Positions 42,850-52,855 are shown, counted from the stretch's first letter. The stretch: DNA of 64,000 nucleotides from Dehalococcoidia bacterium (GCA_963662615.2 CAXXSR010000002.1:384001-448000), one strand, 5' to 3'. Numbers and translations are program-made. Notes: generated by a model not told the origin, from the letters alone.

Positions 42850-43742
42850 GGCTCTGGCTGCGCTTCCCGCTCGGCGATCCGCTCGACCCACTGCAGGAGA
42901 TTGTAGGCGCGCTCGGCGATGGGGTCGTCGATCATGACGCCGTCCAGCGCGACGGCGCCGTGCCCGCGTCGCTTGCCGCCCTCATAGGCGTCCACGACAC
43001 GCTTCGCCCACGCCATCTCCTCCTCGCTGGGAGCGAAGACGCGATTCGCGATCTCGACTTGCGTGGGGTGGATGCAGAACTTGGCGCGATAGCCCAGCTG
43101 CCGCGCCCGGCGCACGTCGTCCTCACACTGGTCGAGGTCGGTGAAGTTGGTGGTGGGGGTGTCGATGGGGACGATGGCGGCGGCGGCGCAGGCGTTGGCC
43201 ACGACGGCGCGGGCGAAGGCGAGCTCGGTCCCTTCCGGCGTGCGCTGGATGCCGAGGTCGGTGGCGTAGTCCTCGCCGCCGATGGCCGCTCCGATCAGGC
43301 GCGGGGAGGCGGTGCAGATCTCGTCCGCCCGCGCGATGGCCTGCGCGCTCTCGATCCAGGGGATCAGCTTGATCTGGCCGGCGGGGATGTCCCGCGTCCG
43401 TTCCAAGAGCGTCAGGTAGGCGTCGATGCGCTCGATGACGGCGGCGTCATGTGACTTGGGCATGTTGATGCCGTGCAGCCAAGGCCCCACCACGGCGTCG
43501 AGGTCCTCTTCGGCGAGACCGCTGTCCAGGGCGTTGATGCGGACGTAGAGGAGCCGCGCCCCAGCTGGGAATTCCGGCAGCGCCTCCGCGACGGTGCGTC
43601 GGGCCGCGGGCTTGTCGTCCCAGGCGACCGAATCTTCCAGGTCGAAGCAGATGATGTCGGCGGGGATCGCGCGCGCCTTGTCAATGAAGCGGGGGCGGAT
43701 GCCGGGGACCGACATCATGCTGCGGATGATGGGGGTGGGCAG
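42846..43742 (-). CDS. CitE/HpcH-family CoA-ester lyase (malyl-CoA/citramalyl-CoA lyase-like)
   Basis: DLEDSV, VRIN, PK, IES, GGEDY, CIHPTQ, MID.P; probable CTG start behind AAGGAGG. Confidence 0.9.
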   Translation of the reverse strand: MPTPIIRSMMSVPGIRPRFIDKARAIPADIICFDLEDSVAWDDKPAARRTVAEALPEFPAGARLLYVRINALDSGLAEEDLDAVVGPWLHGINMPKSHDAAVIERIDAYLTLLERTRDIPAGQIKLIPWIESAQAIARADEICTASPRLIGAAIGGEDYATDLGIQRTPEGTELAFARAVVANACAAAAIVPIDTPTTNFTDLDQCEDDVRRARQLGYRAKFCIHPTQVEIANRVFAPSEEEMAWAKRVVDAYEGGKRRGHGAVALDGVMIDDPIAERAYNLLQWVERIAEREAQPEP

Positions 43743-43867
43743 GGGCGCCTCCTTCGTCCGATCTGCACGCGGCTGCGGTGGGTGCGGGCAGGATACAGGC
43801 CGTTCTGGCGGCACGTCATGAGGGGCGTTCGCCCGGGGCGGAGGTTCGCGGCGCTACCGAGTGCGCG

Positions 43868-44647
43868 TCAATCGGAATCGTGGGCCGGCTCATCCGCGGC
43901 GAGGGGCGCCGGCGCCTCGGGGAAGATACTGCTGAGCCGGCGGCCGACAGCGGGCAGGCGTGTGAGCATGCCGCGCAGGCCCGCTCGGCGGACTTCCTGC
44001 GCGACCGCGATTTCCGATTCCGGATCTGCGTGGGAGGAGGCGCGCGGCGGGAGCAGGCCCTCCACCGCGGGCAGCCCCGCGGCCTGGGCTGCGAAGAGGA
44101 CGGTCGCGCGGGCGTAGGCGATGGCGTCGCCCGCGTCGGGGGCGCCGGCTGCGCGTATGGCGGGGCTTGCCTCGATGCCGAGCTCCGCCGCCAGCGCGGC
44201 CGCGTTCAAGCCGAGCCAGGTGAGGCGGTGCGAGCCCGTGGCGATCTCCGTCGCCAGGGTGAGCGCGCGTGCCGTTTCGATCCAGACGCCGATGGCGGTC
44301 AGGCCCACGGCGATCTCGGCGCGCGCCTCGGCCTCCTCCAGCAGAGAGTCGACGTAGCGCAGCTGCTCGACGCTCACCAACCCCGGCAGAGAGACGCCGT
44401 ATACGCCCTCCACGAGGCCGGTGAGCAGGCCGTCGCGGACGCGTTGTGTTTGCACCGGATGAACGTGGAGGTAGACGCGGTGGCCGGCCCCCAGCAATGC
44501 CGCGACGGCCGTGGCGACGGCGGGGTCATTGTCGCCGTCGGGGCCCGTGGGGTTCGTGCCGGTCAGGTCCAGGAGCGTGGCGTCGGGCCGGAAATCCGGG
44601 ACCGGGGCGGTGGGTGGCAGGAGGAGGAGCGAGCGAACGCTGTCCAT
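43868..44647 (-). CDS. Degenerate CitE-like paralogue (probable pseudoenzyme)
   Basis: RSLL..P, IETA, YAR....AA.A.GL scaffold kept; DLED, RIN and GxED motifs replaced. Confidence 0.7.
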   Translation of the reverse strand: MDSVRSLLLLPPTAPVPDFRPDATLLDLTGTNPTGPDGDNDPAVATAVAALLGAGHRVYLHVHPVQTQRVRDGLLTGLVEGVYGVSLPGLVSVEQLRYVDSLLEEAEARAEIAVGLTAIGVWIETARALTLATEIATGSHRLTWLGLNAAALAAELGIEASPAIRAAGAPDAGDAIAYARATVLFAAQAAGLPAVEGLLPPRASSHADPESEIAVAQEVRRAGLRGMLTRLPAVGRRLSSIFPEAPAPLAADEPAHDSD

Positions 44648-44697
44648 GTCGCGGTCACACCGAGGTGCGGTCGGTGGTTCGGTATCTCACGCCGGGC

Positions 44698-46002
44698 TCA
44701 GGCGGAGAGGAGCGCGGTGAGAGCTGCTTCGTCGTCGTACGACCCGACGACGGCGATGGCGACGTTGTCGCGGCGAATGAAGCGGCGGGCCACGCGCTGC
44801 ACGTCGTCGGCGGTGACGGCGCGGAAGTCGTTGACGACGTCGTCGACGGTGCGGATCTGGCCCTCGGACAGCAGGCTCTCACCAGCCCGATGGCTGTGGG
44901 CGGTGGCTGTCTCCAGGCTGAGGCGGAAGGAGCCGATGGCGTGCTCGCGCGCTTTCTCGAGTTCGGCCGCGCCGACCGCCTCGTCGACGAGGCGGTCGAG
45001 TTCGGCCAGCACGACCTCGACCGTCTCCACCACGTTCTCCGGCGCGACGCCCGCTGCCACGCCGAGATGGCCCGTGTCCTTGAATCGCGCCGCGCCCGAG
45101 CCGACGCTGTAGGCGAGGCCGCGCCGCTCGCGCACCTCCAGGAAGAGCCGGCTGCTCATGCCGCGGCCGAGGACGCCGTTGAGCAGCGCGAGGACGTAGC
45201 GATCCGGGTCCTCACGCGGGAACGTGCGCAGGGCCAGCGCGACGTTGCACTGCTCGATCTCACGAGACTCCAGGACGACGCGCTGCGACCCCATGGCCGG
45301 GGTAGCGAGCGAGGGCGCCGGCGTCTCGGCCTCGGGCAGGTCCTCCCAGTAGCGGCCGGCCAGCTCAAGCACCGCGTCGGCGTCCACGTTGCCCGCCACC
45401 GAGAGGACCATGTTCTCCGGCCGGTACCAGACGTCGATGTGGTTGCGGAGGTGCTCGCGTTCGATCGCGGCGACACTCTCGTGGTCCCCGGCGATCTCCC
45501 ATCCCAGCGGCTGGTCGCCGTAGGCCGCCTCCACGACGAGCTGCTGCGCCCGCTGTCCGGGCTCGTCATTGGCGCGACGGATCTCTTGCTGGATGACGGC
45601 ACGCTCGCGTTCCACCTCCTCGTCCGCCAGCAGCGAGGAGCGCAGGCTGTCGGCGAGGATGTCCATCGCCAGCGCCAGCGTGTCGTAGGGGACGCGATTC
45701 CAGAAGCAGGTCAGCTCCTGGCTGGTAAAGGCGTTGAGCGAGCCGCCCGCGCCCTCAATCGCGGCGCTGATCTCCTGCGCCGTAGGTCGCGATTCGGTGC
45801 CCTTGAAGAGCATGTGCTCCAGGTAGTGCGAGAGGCCGAGCGTGTCGCGGTGTTCGGCCCGGCTGCCCACACCGACGTACGCGGCCAGGGAGGCGGCCTG
45901 GGACTGGGGCAGCGGCGTGATGACCAGGCGTAGCCCGTTGGCAAGTGTGGCGATAGTCCAGGGCGCATTCACGGAAGCCGAAGCGGCGCTCTGCTGCGTC
46001 AC
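44698..46002 (-). CDS. M16 family (pitrilysin-like) zinc peptidase
   Basis: HYLEHMLFKGT, NAFTS, MSSRLF.EVRE.RGLAY. Confidence 0.93.
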   Translation of the reverse strand: MTQQSAASASVNAPWTIATLANGLRLVITPLPQSQAASLAAYVGVGSRAEHRDTLGLSHYLEHMLFKGTESRPTAQEISAAIEGAGGSLNAFTSQELTCFWNRVPYDTLALAMDILADSLRSSLLADEEVERERAVIQQEIRRANDEPGQRAQQLVVEAAYGDQPLGWEIAGDHESVAAIEREHLRNHIDVWYRPENMVLSVAGNVDADAVLELAGRYWEDLPEAETPAPSLATPAMGSQRVVLESREIEQCNVALALRTFPREDPDRYVLALLNGVLGRGMSSRLFLEVRERRGLAYSVGSGAARFKDTGHLGVAAGVAPENVVETVEVVLAELDRLVDEAVGAAELEKAREHAIGSFRLSLETATAHSHRAGESLLSEGQIRTVDDVVNDFRAVTADDVQRVARRFIRRDNVAIAVVGSYDDEAALTALLSA

Positions 46003-46125
46003 GTGTCTCTCCTCATGAGCCGGTGCTCACGCCGTTTCCGGTGCAGTCGGATGAGGGGGACTTCCTCTTCGCAGGCTAGCACGCCAGTTCGCCGGCTCGC
46101 GCGGGCGCGCCGGTAGGCTACCCGC

Positions 46126-47097
46126 ATGAGCCGCCGCTTGGTTGAGGCCCAATACGAGTGGAACTGGAGCTCGCTGGTGGGCAGCGTGCAGGGGCTGCTT
46201 CGCGCCCTGGGCCTCCCCTTTGATGCGGCTCAGGTCAGCGCGGCGCTGGGCGATGCGTTTCGAGTGGATGCAGCCGGCATGGATGAGACGCCGGCGTTCC
46301 GTCGTACCGGCTATCAGGTTCGTCCACTTGCCTCATTGCCGGAGGACCTCGCGGCGTTGGGCCTCGAAGCACAAGTGGAGGTGCGCCATGTGGCCCGCGA
46401 GGGCCCGCCCTCGTTCTGGCGACGGCGCCGGCTGCGGCGACGGATCAAGGGCCGCCTGGACCGGGGGACGGCGGTGGTGGCGTATCGGGCGGGGCTGGCC
46501 GAGTTCGGATTGATCGTGGGCTATGACGACGATCGCGGGAGTTACCGGGTGCAAGGACCGTTCAGCGACGAGGTGGGACCCTGGGTCGCCTACGACGATC
46601 TGTGGACTGCCCGGGGAATCGGCGCGGAGACGGGGGAGGGCGTCGCCGGGTGGCTGGCCGTGGTCCTGGCGGGCGTGATCCCGGCCGACGAGGGGGCGCC
46701 GCGCCCGGAACAGGTCTTGGCGCGCGCTTGCCGGCACGCGCTGTCAGCTCAGGCGCCGGCGCGCCTGGAACGGTGGGCGGCGCTCCTGGAGGGCGATGCC
46801 GACATCGATCCGCCGGGCCATGCCTACTGGGTGCAGGCGCTCGCCTCGGCCCGCGGCGAAGCCGCGCGCTTCTGGCGCGCCGCGGCAGGCGATGACGGGA
46901 GGTTGACGCCGATCGCGGAGGCGGCGCGGCGCGAGGCGCTGACCCTTTCCCGCTTTGCGACGCTCTACCCGTACCCGGCCGGCGGTGACGTGGAGGGAGG
47001 CGGGGCGCGGGCGGTGGGGGCGCGCACCCTCCGCGACGCGATCGGCGACGAGCGCGAAGTCGTTGAGCGGCTGCGCGGCATTGACGTCGGGCCGTGA
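46126..47097 (+). CDS. Hypothetical protein, possibly papain-like/BtrH-like fold
   Basis: 323-aa ORF with host-like codon use; EFGLIVGYDD strand motif. Confidence 0.5.
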   Translation: MSRRLVEAQYEWNWSSLVGSVQGLLRALGLPFDAAQVSAALGDAFRVDAAGMDETPAFRRTGYQVRPLASLPEDLAALGLEAQVEVRHVAREGPPSFWRRRRLRRRIKGRLDRGTAVVAYRAGLAEFGLIVGYDDDRGSYRVQGPFSDEVGPWVAYDDLWTARGIGAETGEGVAGWLAVVLAGVIPADEGAPRPEQVLARACRHALSAQAPARLERWAALLEGDADIDPPGHAYWVQALASARGEAARFWRAAAGDDGRLTPIAEAARREALTLSRFATLYPYPAGGDVEGGGARAVGARTLRDAIGDEREVVERLRGIDVGP

Positions 47098-47137
47098 GAC
47101 TTCGGGCGGTGAGACTTCGAGCCGTGAGCCGCCCTCT

Positions 47138-47249
47138 CCGCACTGACCGCGAGCCACAGTGACCGCGAGCCGCAGTGACCGCGAGCCGCAGTGACCGCGA
47201 GCCGCAGTGCCCGCGAGCCGCAGTGCCCGCGAGCCGCAGTGGCCGCGAG
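47138..47249 (+). repeat. Intergenic 16-bp tandem repeat x7 (consensus CCGCAGTGACCGCGAG)
   Basis: CCGCGAGC recurs every 16 bp from 47147 to 47243; no spacers. Confidence 0.95.
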
Positions 47250-47290
47250 CGGAGCGGCCGCCCGCTTGTTAGACTGCGACGGAGGGCGTG

Positions 47291-47530
47291 ATGGCCGTTG
47301 CGGTGAAGCTCTTCGCGACTCTGGTGGGTCTGTCCAAGACGAAACGGCCGCAGTTCGAGATGGAGTGGTGGGAGGGGATGACCGCGCGGGACCTCCTGAC
47401 GGCGGAGGGCTTCAGCGAGAAGGACGAGGAGACGATCGCGGCCGTGGTCAACGGCGAGCAGGCCGACTGGGACACGGCGCTGCGGAACGGGGATCGCGTG
47501 GAGTTGCTCGTCAGCCTGCAGGGCGGATGA
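47291..47530 (+). CDS. MoaD/ThiS-family sulfur carrier (ubiquitin-like)
   Basis: VKLFATL, VNG, L..GDRV, C-terminal GG. Confidence 0.9.
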   Translation: MAVAVKLFATLVGLSKTKRPQFEMEWWEGMTARDLLTAEGFSEKDEETIAAVVNGEQADWDTALRNGDRVELLVSLQGG

Positions 47531-47639
47531 GCGAGCGGGCCGGAGCCGCCACGCTGCGGGGCCGCCGGGCTGCTGGGCCGCCACGTTGCGGCGCAGCCCT
47601 CTGATACGTCTTATGCGGCCGCGCGTTGATACTCTCGCG

Positions 47640-47669
47640 TTGACACCCTCGCGAGGCGGCCCATAGGAT
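47640..47669 (+). promoter_or_regulatory. Sigma70-type promoter of pyrG
   Basis: TTGACA (47640) - 18 bp - TAGGAT (47664). Confidence 0.6.
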
Positions 47670-47730
47670 GCGGGATAGAACAGACGGTCGGAAATGTTCG
47701 CCTGAGCGCCGCGAGTCTTGGCGCTGATTG

Positions 47731-49389
47731 ATGCCGAAATACATCTTCGTCACCGGCGGCGTCGTGAGTTCAGTCGGCAAGGGCATCACGACCGCTTCTC
47801 TGGCGAGACTCCTCAAGAGCCGCGGCCTCTCCGTCACCGTGCAGAAGCTAGACCCCTACCTGAACGTGGATCCGGGAACGATGTCGCCGTACCAGCACGG
47901 CGAAGTGTTCGTCACGGCCGACGGCGCCGAGACGGACCTGGATCTGGGCCACTACGAGCGCTTTTTGGATCAGGACCTGACGGGCTCTTCTTCCCTGACA
48001 ATGGGCCAGATCAACCAGGCGGTCATCGCCCAAGAGCGCCGGGGCGATCACCTGGGCGGGACCATTCAAACCGTTCCCCACATCACCAACGAGATCAAAG
48101 CGCGGGTGCGGGGGCTGGCCGAGGCTGAGGGCGTGGACGTCCTCATCGTCGAAGTGGGCGGCACGGTGGGCGACATTGAGAGCCAGCCGTTCCTAGAGGC
48201 GATCCGGCAGACGCGGTCGGAAGAGCGCCGCGAGGATGTGCTCTCGATCCACGTGACGATGCTGCCGTACTTGCGGGCGACGCGGGAGTTGAAGACCAAA
48301 CCCACGCAGCATTCGGTACGCGAGCTGCGCTCCATGGGGATTCAGCCGGACGTGATCATCGTGCGGGCGGAGATGCCCGTGGAGTCGGCGATCAAAGAGA
48401 AGATCGCGCTGTTCTGCGACGTGCAGGTGCATGGCGTGATCCCGCTGGAGACGGTGCCAAGCATCTACCAAGTGCCGCAGATTCTTGAGGACGCGGGCCT
48501 CACCGACTTGGTGCTGGAGCGGCTCGCGCTGCCGGCGCAGGAGCGTGACCTGGCGGAGTGGCGGCTCTGGGTGCAACGTCTGCGAAACCCCAGTCGGCAC
48601 GCCACCGTTGCGGTGGTGGGGAAGTACGTGGAGCTGTATGACTCGTACCTCTCCGTCCGGGAGGCGTTGGTCCATGCCGGTGTGGAGTTGGACACGGAGA
48701 TCGACGTCCGCTGGGTGCAGTCGGAAGGGTTGGAGGGGGAGCGGCTGGTGCGCGCGCTGGAGGGCGTGGCGGGCATCGTGGTGCCTGGGGGGTTCGGTTC
48801 CCGGGGCAGCGAGGGGGAGATCAATGCGGCTCAGTACGCCCGGGAACGGGGGGTCGCCTATCTGGGTCTGTGCCGTGGGATGCAGGTGATGGTGATTGAG
48901 TTCGCCCGCCACGTCCTGGGCTTGCCCCAGGCCACCTCCACGGAGTTCGACCCGGAGAGCCCCGACCCCGTGATCTCCCTGCTGGAGGAGCAGGAGGACG
49001 TGGTGGACATGGGCGGCACCATGCGCCTGGGACACTATCCCTGCCGCTTGACGGAGGGCAGCATTGCGCAACGGGCGTACGGCGCTGAGTTGATTCAGGA
49101 ACGGCACCGGCATCGTTGGGAGTTCAACAATCGCTACCGCGAGCCGCTGGCGGCCGCCGGGCTGACCGCCTCCGGGCACTCGCCGGACGGCGCGCTGGTG
49201 GAGATCGCGGAGTTGCGGGATCACCCGTTCATGCTGGGCTCGCAGTTCCATCCGGAGTTACGTTCCCGGCCGGGGCGGCCGCATCCGCTGTTCGCGGCGT
49301 TCATGGCGGCGGCGGCCGGGCTGCCCCCGCCGGCGGTCGCGGGGCCGATGGCGTCAGAGGCCTTGGGGTCGTCGCAGCGCCCGCGGTGA
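47731..49389 (+). CDS. pyrG: CTP synthase
   Basis: TGGVVSSVGKG, DPYLNVDPGTMSP, KTKPTQ, PGGFG, ERHRHR, QFHPE. Confidence 0.98.
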   Translation: MPKYIFVTGGVVSSVGKGITTASLARLLKSRGLSVTVQKLDPYLNVDPGTMSPYQHGEVFVTADGAETDLDLGHYERFLDQDLTGSSSLTMGQINQAVIAQERRGDHLGGTIQTVPHITNEIKARVRGLAEAEGVDVLIVEVGGTVGDIESQPFLEAIRQTRSEERREDVLSIHVTMLPYLRATRELKTKPTQHSVRELRSMGIQPDVIIVRAEMPVESAIKEKIALFCDVQVHGVIPLETVPSIYQVPQILEDAGLTDLVLERLALPAQERDLAEWRLWVQRLRNPSRHATVAVVGKYVELYDSYLSVREALVHAGVELDTEIDVRWVQSEGLEGERLVRALEGVAGIVVPGGFGSRGSEGEINAAQYARERGVAYLGLCRGMQVMVIEFARHVLGLPQATSTEFDPESPDPVISLLEEQEDVVDMGGTMRLGHYPCRLTEGSIAQRAYGAELIQERHRHRWEFNNRYREPLAAAGLTASGHSPDGALVEIAELRDHPFMLGSQFHPELRSRPGRPHPLFAAFMAAAAGLPPPAVAGPMASEALGSSQRPR

Positions 49390-49416
49390 GGGAGGCGCGT
49401 GAGGTATGGACGCCGG

Positions 49417-49896
49417 GTGAGTGAAGACGATGCGTTTCGGCTGGTCCACCTGCTGTCACTGTTCTTTTACCTGGCCGGCCTGGGAGCGACGATGGTGCCG
49501 CTGTACCGGAATTGGAGGAGCGAGGATCTGCAGGCGCAGGTCTATGCCTTTCGCGATGCCGGCCGCAACCAAGCCGGTCTGCTGATCCCCGGAATTGTTT
49601 TGGTGGGAGTGACCGGTCTGATCTGGGGCATTCGCGCCGACCAGGTCGATCCGGTCACGACGGGCTGGCTCGTAGCGGTGGAGATCATTTACCTCGTCAC
49701 CCTGTTCATCTGCCTGCCGGCCATGGCGGCGGGGCTGCGGCGAGCGCGGCTGCTCGCCCTGCAGGCGCAAAAGACGGGGGAGATCAGTGTGGAGCTGCGC
49801 GAGACCCTGGCCGATCGAGGGCCGCTGGTCTTTGGGACGCTGATGGTGTTCCTGGTGGCGCTGATGACGGCGTTCGCGGTGGCGAAGCCGTTCTAG
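49417..49896 (+). CDS. DUF2269-like integral membrane protein
   Basis: 4 TM, N-terminal His, C-terminal KPF. Confidence 0.65.
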   Translation: MSEDDAFRLVHLLSLFFYLAGLGATMVPLYRNWRSEDLQAQVYAFRDAGRNQAGLLIPGIVLVGVTGLIWGIRADQVDPVTTGWLVAVEIIYLVTLFICLPAMAAGLRRARLLALQAQKTGEISVELRETLADRGPLVFGTLMVFLVALMTAFAVAKPF

Positions 49897-49920
49897 CGGA
49901 GCCTGAGCGGAGAAGGAACG

Positions 49921-50592
49921 ATGCGACTCTTTCTGGATACGGCGAACCTGGACGAGATCAGGCAGGGGGTGCGCTGGGGCGCCTGCGACGGCGTGACGAC
50001 GAATCCGTCGCTCTATGCGAAGGAGAGCGGCGACGGCGTCGGATACCGAGAGCGTGTCCTGGAGATCACGGCCATCGTGGACGGCCCCGTCTCCGCGGAG
50101 TGCGTCAGTCGCACGGCCGATGATCTGGTGGCGGAGGCGCGCGAGATCGCGTCGTGGCATCCCAATGTGGTGGTCAAGATCGCCATTGACGGCGCCGGGC
50201 TGGAGGCGATCCGGCGGGTCAGCGCCGAGGGGATCCGCGTCAACACCACGTTGATCTTTTCCACGAATCAGGCGCTGCTGGCCGCGCACGCGGGGGCCGC
50301 GTTCGTGAGCCCGTTCATTGGCCGGCTGGACGACATTGGCCAGGATGGGGTGGGCGTGGTGGAGGAGATCGTGGAGCTGTTGGATCGCTACCACCTTCCC
50401 ACCCAGGTGATCGCCGCGAGCGTGCGCAACACGCCGCACGTGGCGCAGTGCGCCGCTGTGGGGGCGCACATTACGACGATGCCGTTCACGGTGCTTGAGC
50501 AGATGCTGAAGCATCCGCTCACGGATCGCGGCATCGCCACGTTCCTGGCGGATTGGGAACGGGCGCAGGCCCCGGCGCGGCCGCGGTCCTAG
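49921..50592 (+). CDS. Transaldolase / fructose-6-phosphate aldolase (FSA-type)
   Basis: FLDTAN, GVTTNPSL, VVKI, SPFIGRLDD, AASVR, HPLT. Confidence 0.93.
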   Translation: MRLFLDTANLDEIRQGVRWGACDGVTTNPSLYAKESGDGVGYRERVLEITAIVDGPVSAECVSRTADDLVAEAREIASWHPNVVVKIAIDGAGLEAIRRVSAEGIRVNTTLIFSTNQALLAAHAGAAFVSPFIGRLDDIGQDGVGVVEEIVELLDRYHLPTQVIAASVRNTPHVAQCAAVGAHITTMPFTVLEQMLKHPLTDRGIATFLADWERAQAPARPRS

Positions 50593-50771
50593 CGGGGCCG
50601 CGCTGGTTGGTAGCACGAGCGACGTGCGAGTGCGGCCTCAGCGCTTGCGCTCCGGGCGCGGGATCGATACGATTTAATTGAGCAGCGAGTGCAGGACGCG
50701 CTCGCACCACCCCCCAAGTCCCTACCATCGCGCAGGCAGTACCGCGGTCGTTGGGCGCAGAGTCCTACAAC

Positions 50772-52037
50772 GTGAATATTGTTGAACTGGAATCGCAGAC
50801 ACGCGACGAGCTCTTGGTTCAGGCCAAGCGCCTCGAACTCCCGGGCGCCGACGGCCTGAAGAAGCAGGACCTGATCTTCCGCCTGCTGCAGACCCAGAGC
50901 GAGCAGCAAGGCAACATCTTCTCTGGCGGCGTCATTGACCTGGTGGATGACGGCTACGGCTTTTTACGCGGGGAGTCGCTGTTGCCGTCGAACACGGATG
51001 TCTACGTCTCACAATCGCAGGTGCGCCGCTTCGGGCTGCGCACCGGCGACTACGTCACCGGCCAGGTGCGTGCCCCCAAGGACGGCGAAAAGTACTACGG
51101 GCTGCTGCGCGTGGAGCTGGTCAACGGGATGGATCCGGAGGAGGCCAAGCAGCGGCCTTTCTTTGAGAATCTCACGGCCGTCTTTCCTTTCGAGCGCTTC
51201 CACCTGGAGACGGAAGATGCGACGCGCCTATCCGAGCGCCTGATTGACCTGGTGGCGCCGCTGGGGCGGGGCCAGCGGGGGCTGATCGTCTCGCCGCCCA
51301 AGGCCGGCAAAACGATGCTGTTGCAGGCGATAGCGCACGGCATCGCGATGAACCACCCGGAAGCGCATCTGATGGTGGTGTTGATTGGCGAGCGGCCGGA
51401 AGAGGTCACGGAGATGCGCCGCTCGGTGCGGGGCGAGGTGTTCGCCTCCACGTTCGACGATCCGGTGGAGGATCACACCCGCGTGGCGGAGATGGCGCTG
51501 GAGCGCGCCAAGCGCTTGATGGAGTGCGGGCGCGACGTGATCATCCTGGTGGATTCCATCACCCGGCTGGCGCGCGCCTACAACCTGGAGATGCCGACCA
51601 GCGGCCGCACGCTGTCGGGAGGCATTGATCCGGTTGCCCTCTACCCGCCCAAGCGCTTTTTCGGCGCCGCCCGCAAGGCAGAAGGGGGCGGCAGCCTCAC
51701 CATCATCGCCACATGCCTGGTGGACACAGGCAGCCGCCTGGACGACGTGGTCTTCGAGGAGTTCAAGGGCACCGGCAACTGGGAGGTGCGGCTGGACCGA
51801 CGCTTGGCGGAACGGCGGGTCTACCCGTCCATTGACATTGCCGCCAGCAGCACGCGGCGTGAAGAGTTGCTCCTCAACGGCGAAGAGCTGCAAAAGATCT
51901 GGCTGCTGCGGCGGATGATGACCATGCTGAGCAGCAACGGCGGCTCCACGGAGCCCAGCGAGCGGCTGCTCGATCGACTCGCCCGGTCCAAGTCCAACGA
52001 GGAGTTCCTGGAGCAGCTGGCCGTCGGGGAGGGGTAA
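50772..52037 (+). CDS. rho: Transcription termination factor Rho
   Basis: [40 protein letters not shown]. Confidence 0.98.
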   Translation: MNIVELESQTRDELLVQAKRLELPGADGLKKQDLIFRLLQTQSEQQGNIFSGGVIDLVDDGYGFLRGESLLPSNTDVYVSQSQVRRFGLRTGDYVTGQVRAPKDGEKYYGLLRVELVNGMDPEEAKQRPFFENLTAVFPFERFHLETEDATRLSERLIDLVAPLGRGQRGLIVSPPKAGKTMLLQAIAHGIAMNHPEAHLMVVLIGERPEEVTEMRRSVRGEVFASTFDDPVEDHTRVAEMALERAKRLMECGRDVIILVDSITRLARAYNLEMPTSGRTLSGGIDPVALYPPKRFFGAARKAEGGGSLTIIATCLVDTGSRLDDVVFEEFKGTGNWEVRLDRRLAERRVYPSIDIAASSTRREELLLNGEELQKIWLLRRMMTMLSSNGGSTEPSERLLDRLARSKSNEEFLEQLAVGEG

Positions 52038-52062
52038 CCGAGGGGGACAGGCGGCGACGCCG

Positions 52063-52086
52063 ACGGCGCGGGAGCGCCGTTTTTTT
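52063..52086 (+). terminator. Intrinsic terminator after rho
   Basis: ACGGCGC-GGGA-GCGCCGT followed by T-run. Confidence 0.85.
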
Positions 52087-52102
52087 GTGCCCGGGCCAGC
52101 GC

Positions 52103-52759
52103 TCAATCGCCCCGTGGTGCGAGTACGTGCACGCTGGTGTGCTGGGGCAGGCCGCCTCGAGTGACGTTGATATGGTTGTCCTGTTCGGTGGGCATGGCGG
52201 CGCTCATGGTCTTGAGAAACGGCTGGACGGAGTCCAGCTCCTCGCGTTCCGCTCCCACCTTGTAGAGCATGGGAATGACCAGCTTGGGCGCGAGCGTGCT
52301 GACGACGCTGGCGGCCAAGTCTGGATCCATGTGTCCGCCTCCGCCAACCGGGATCAGGAGCACATCGGCGCGGCTGAGTTCGTCCAGTTGCTCAGCGGCG
52401 GGCGGGCCGCGCATGTCCCCGAGGTGCGCCACGATGACGTCGTCGATGGTGAAAATGAAGGCCACGTTGCGGGCGCCCGCATCGCCACCGGGCGTGCCAC
52501 CGGGCGTGCCACCGGGCGTAATGACGCCTGTGATCACGATGTTCTTGACCTCGTATTCGCCCGGCGCGTCCAGCAGGACGGGGTTGCCCGCGACCCCATC
52601 GCTCCAGGAGTGAGCGGGGGCGGACGTGGAGACGGTGACAATGTCGGCCTGGGGACGGTTGAGGCGGAAGCCGGTGCTGGGCGGACAGGGATCGGTGACC
52701 ACAGCGCCGTCGCGGCCGCGAAGGCGAAAGGCTGCGTGTCCGGTCCAGGCGATGTCCAT
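52103..52759 (-). CDS. MBL-fold metallo-hydrolase-like protein
   Basis: W.GHA.F, DP, PGEYEV, HLGD, DVLLIPVGG, IPM; usual His ligands partly absent; 12-bp x3 in-frame repeat at 52484-52519. Confidence 0.8.
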   Translation of the reverse strand: MDIAWTGHAAFRLRGRDGAVVTDPCPPSTGFRLNRPQADIVTVSTSAPAHSWSDGVAGNPVLLDAPGEYEVKNIVITGVITPGGTPGGTPGGDAGARNVAFIFTIDDVIVAHLGDMRGPPAAEQLDELSRADVLLIPVGGGGHMDPDLAASVVSTLAPKLVIPMLYKVGAEREELDSVQPFLKTMSAAMPTEQDNHINVTRGGLPQHTSVHVLAPRGD

Positions 52760-52855
52760 TGGCCGCCGCCGGGTCGCGTTGTGGGAGCGAGCCCGGCCAC
52801 ATTCTCCGGGGCGGTCCTCCTATAGGCCAGACGCTCGATCAGGGGGCCGCCCTGA

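Noticed and set aside
47138-47249. Possible CRISPR array
   Set aside because: Units are contiguous 16-mers without unique spacers; no cas genes.
46126-47530. Bacterial ubiquitin-like conjugation system (Ubl plus peptidase)
   Set aside because: No E1, E2 or JAB genes adjacent; the upstream protein has no evident catalytic Cys/His; a MoaD/ThiS role is simpler.
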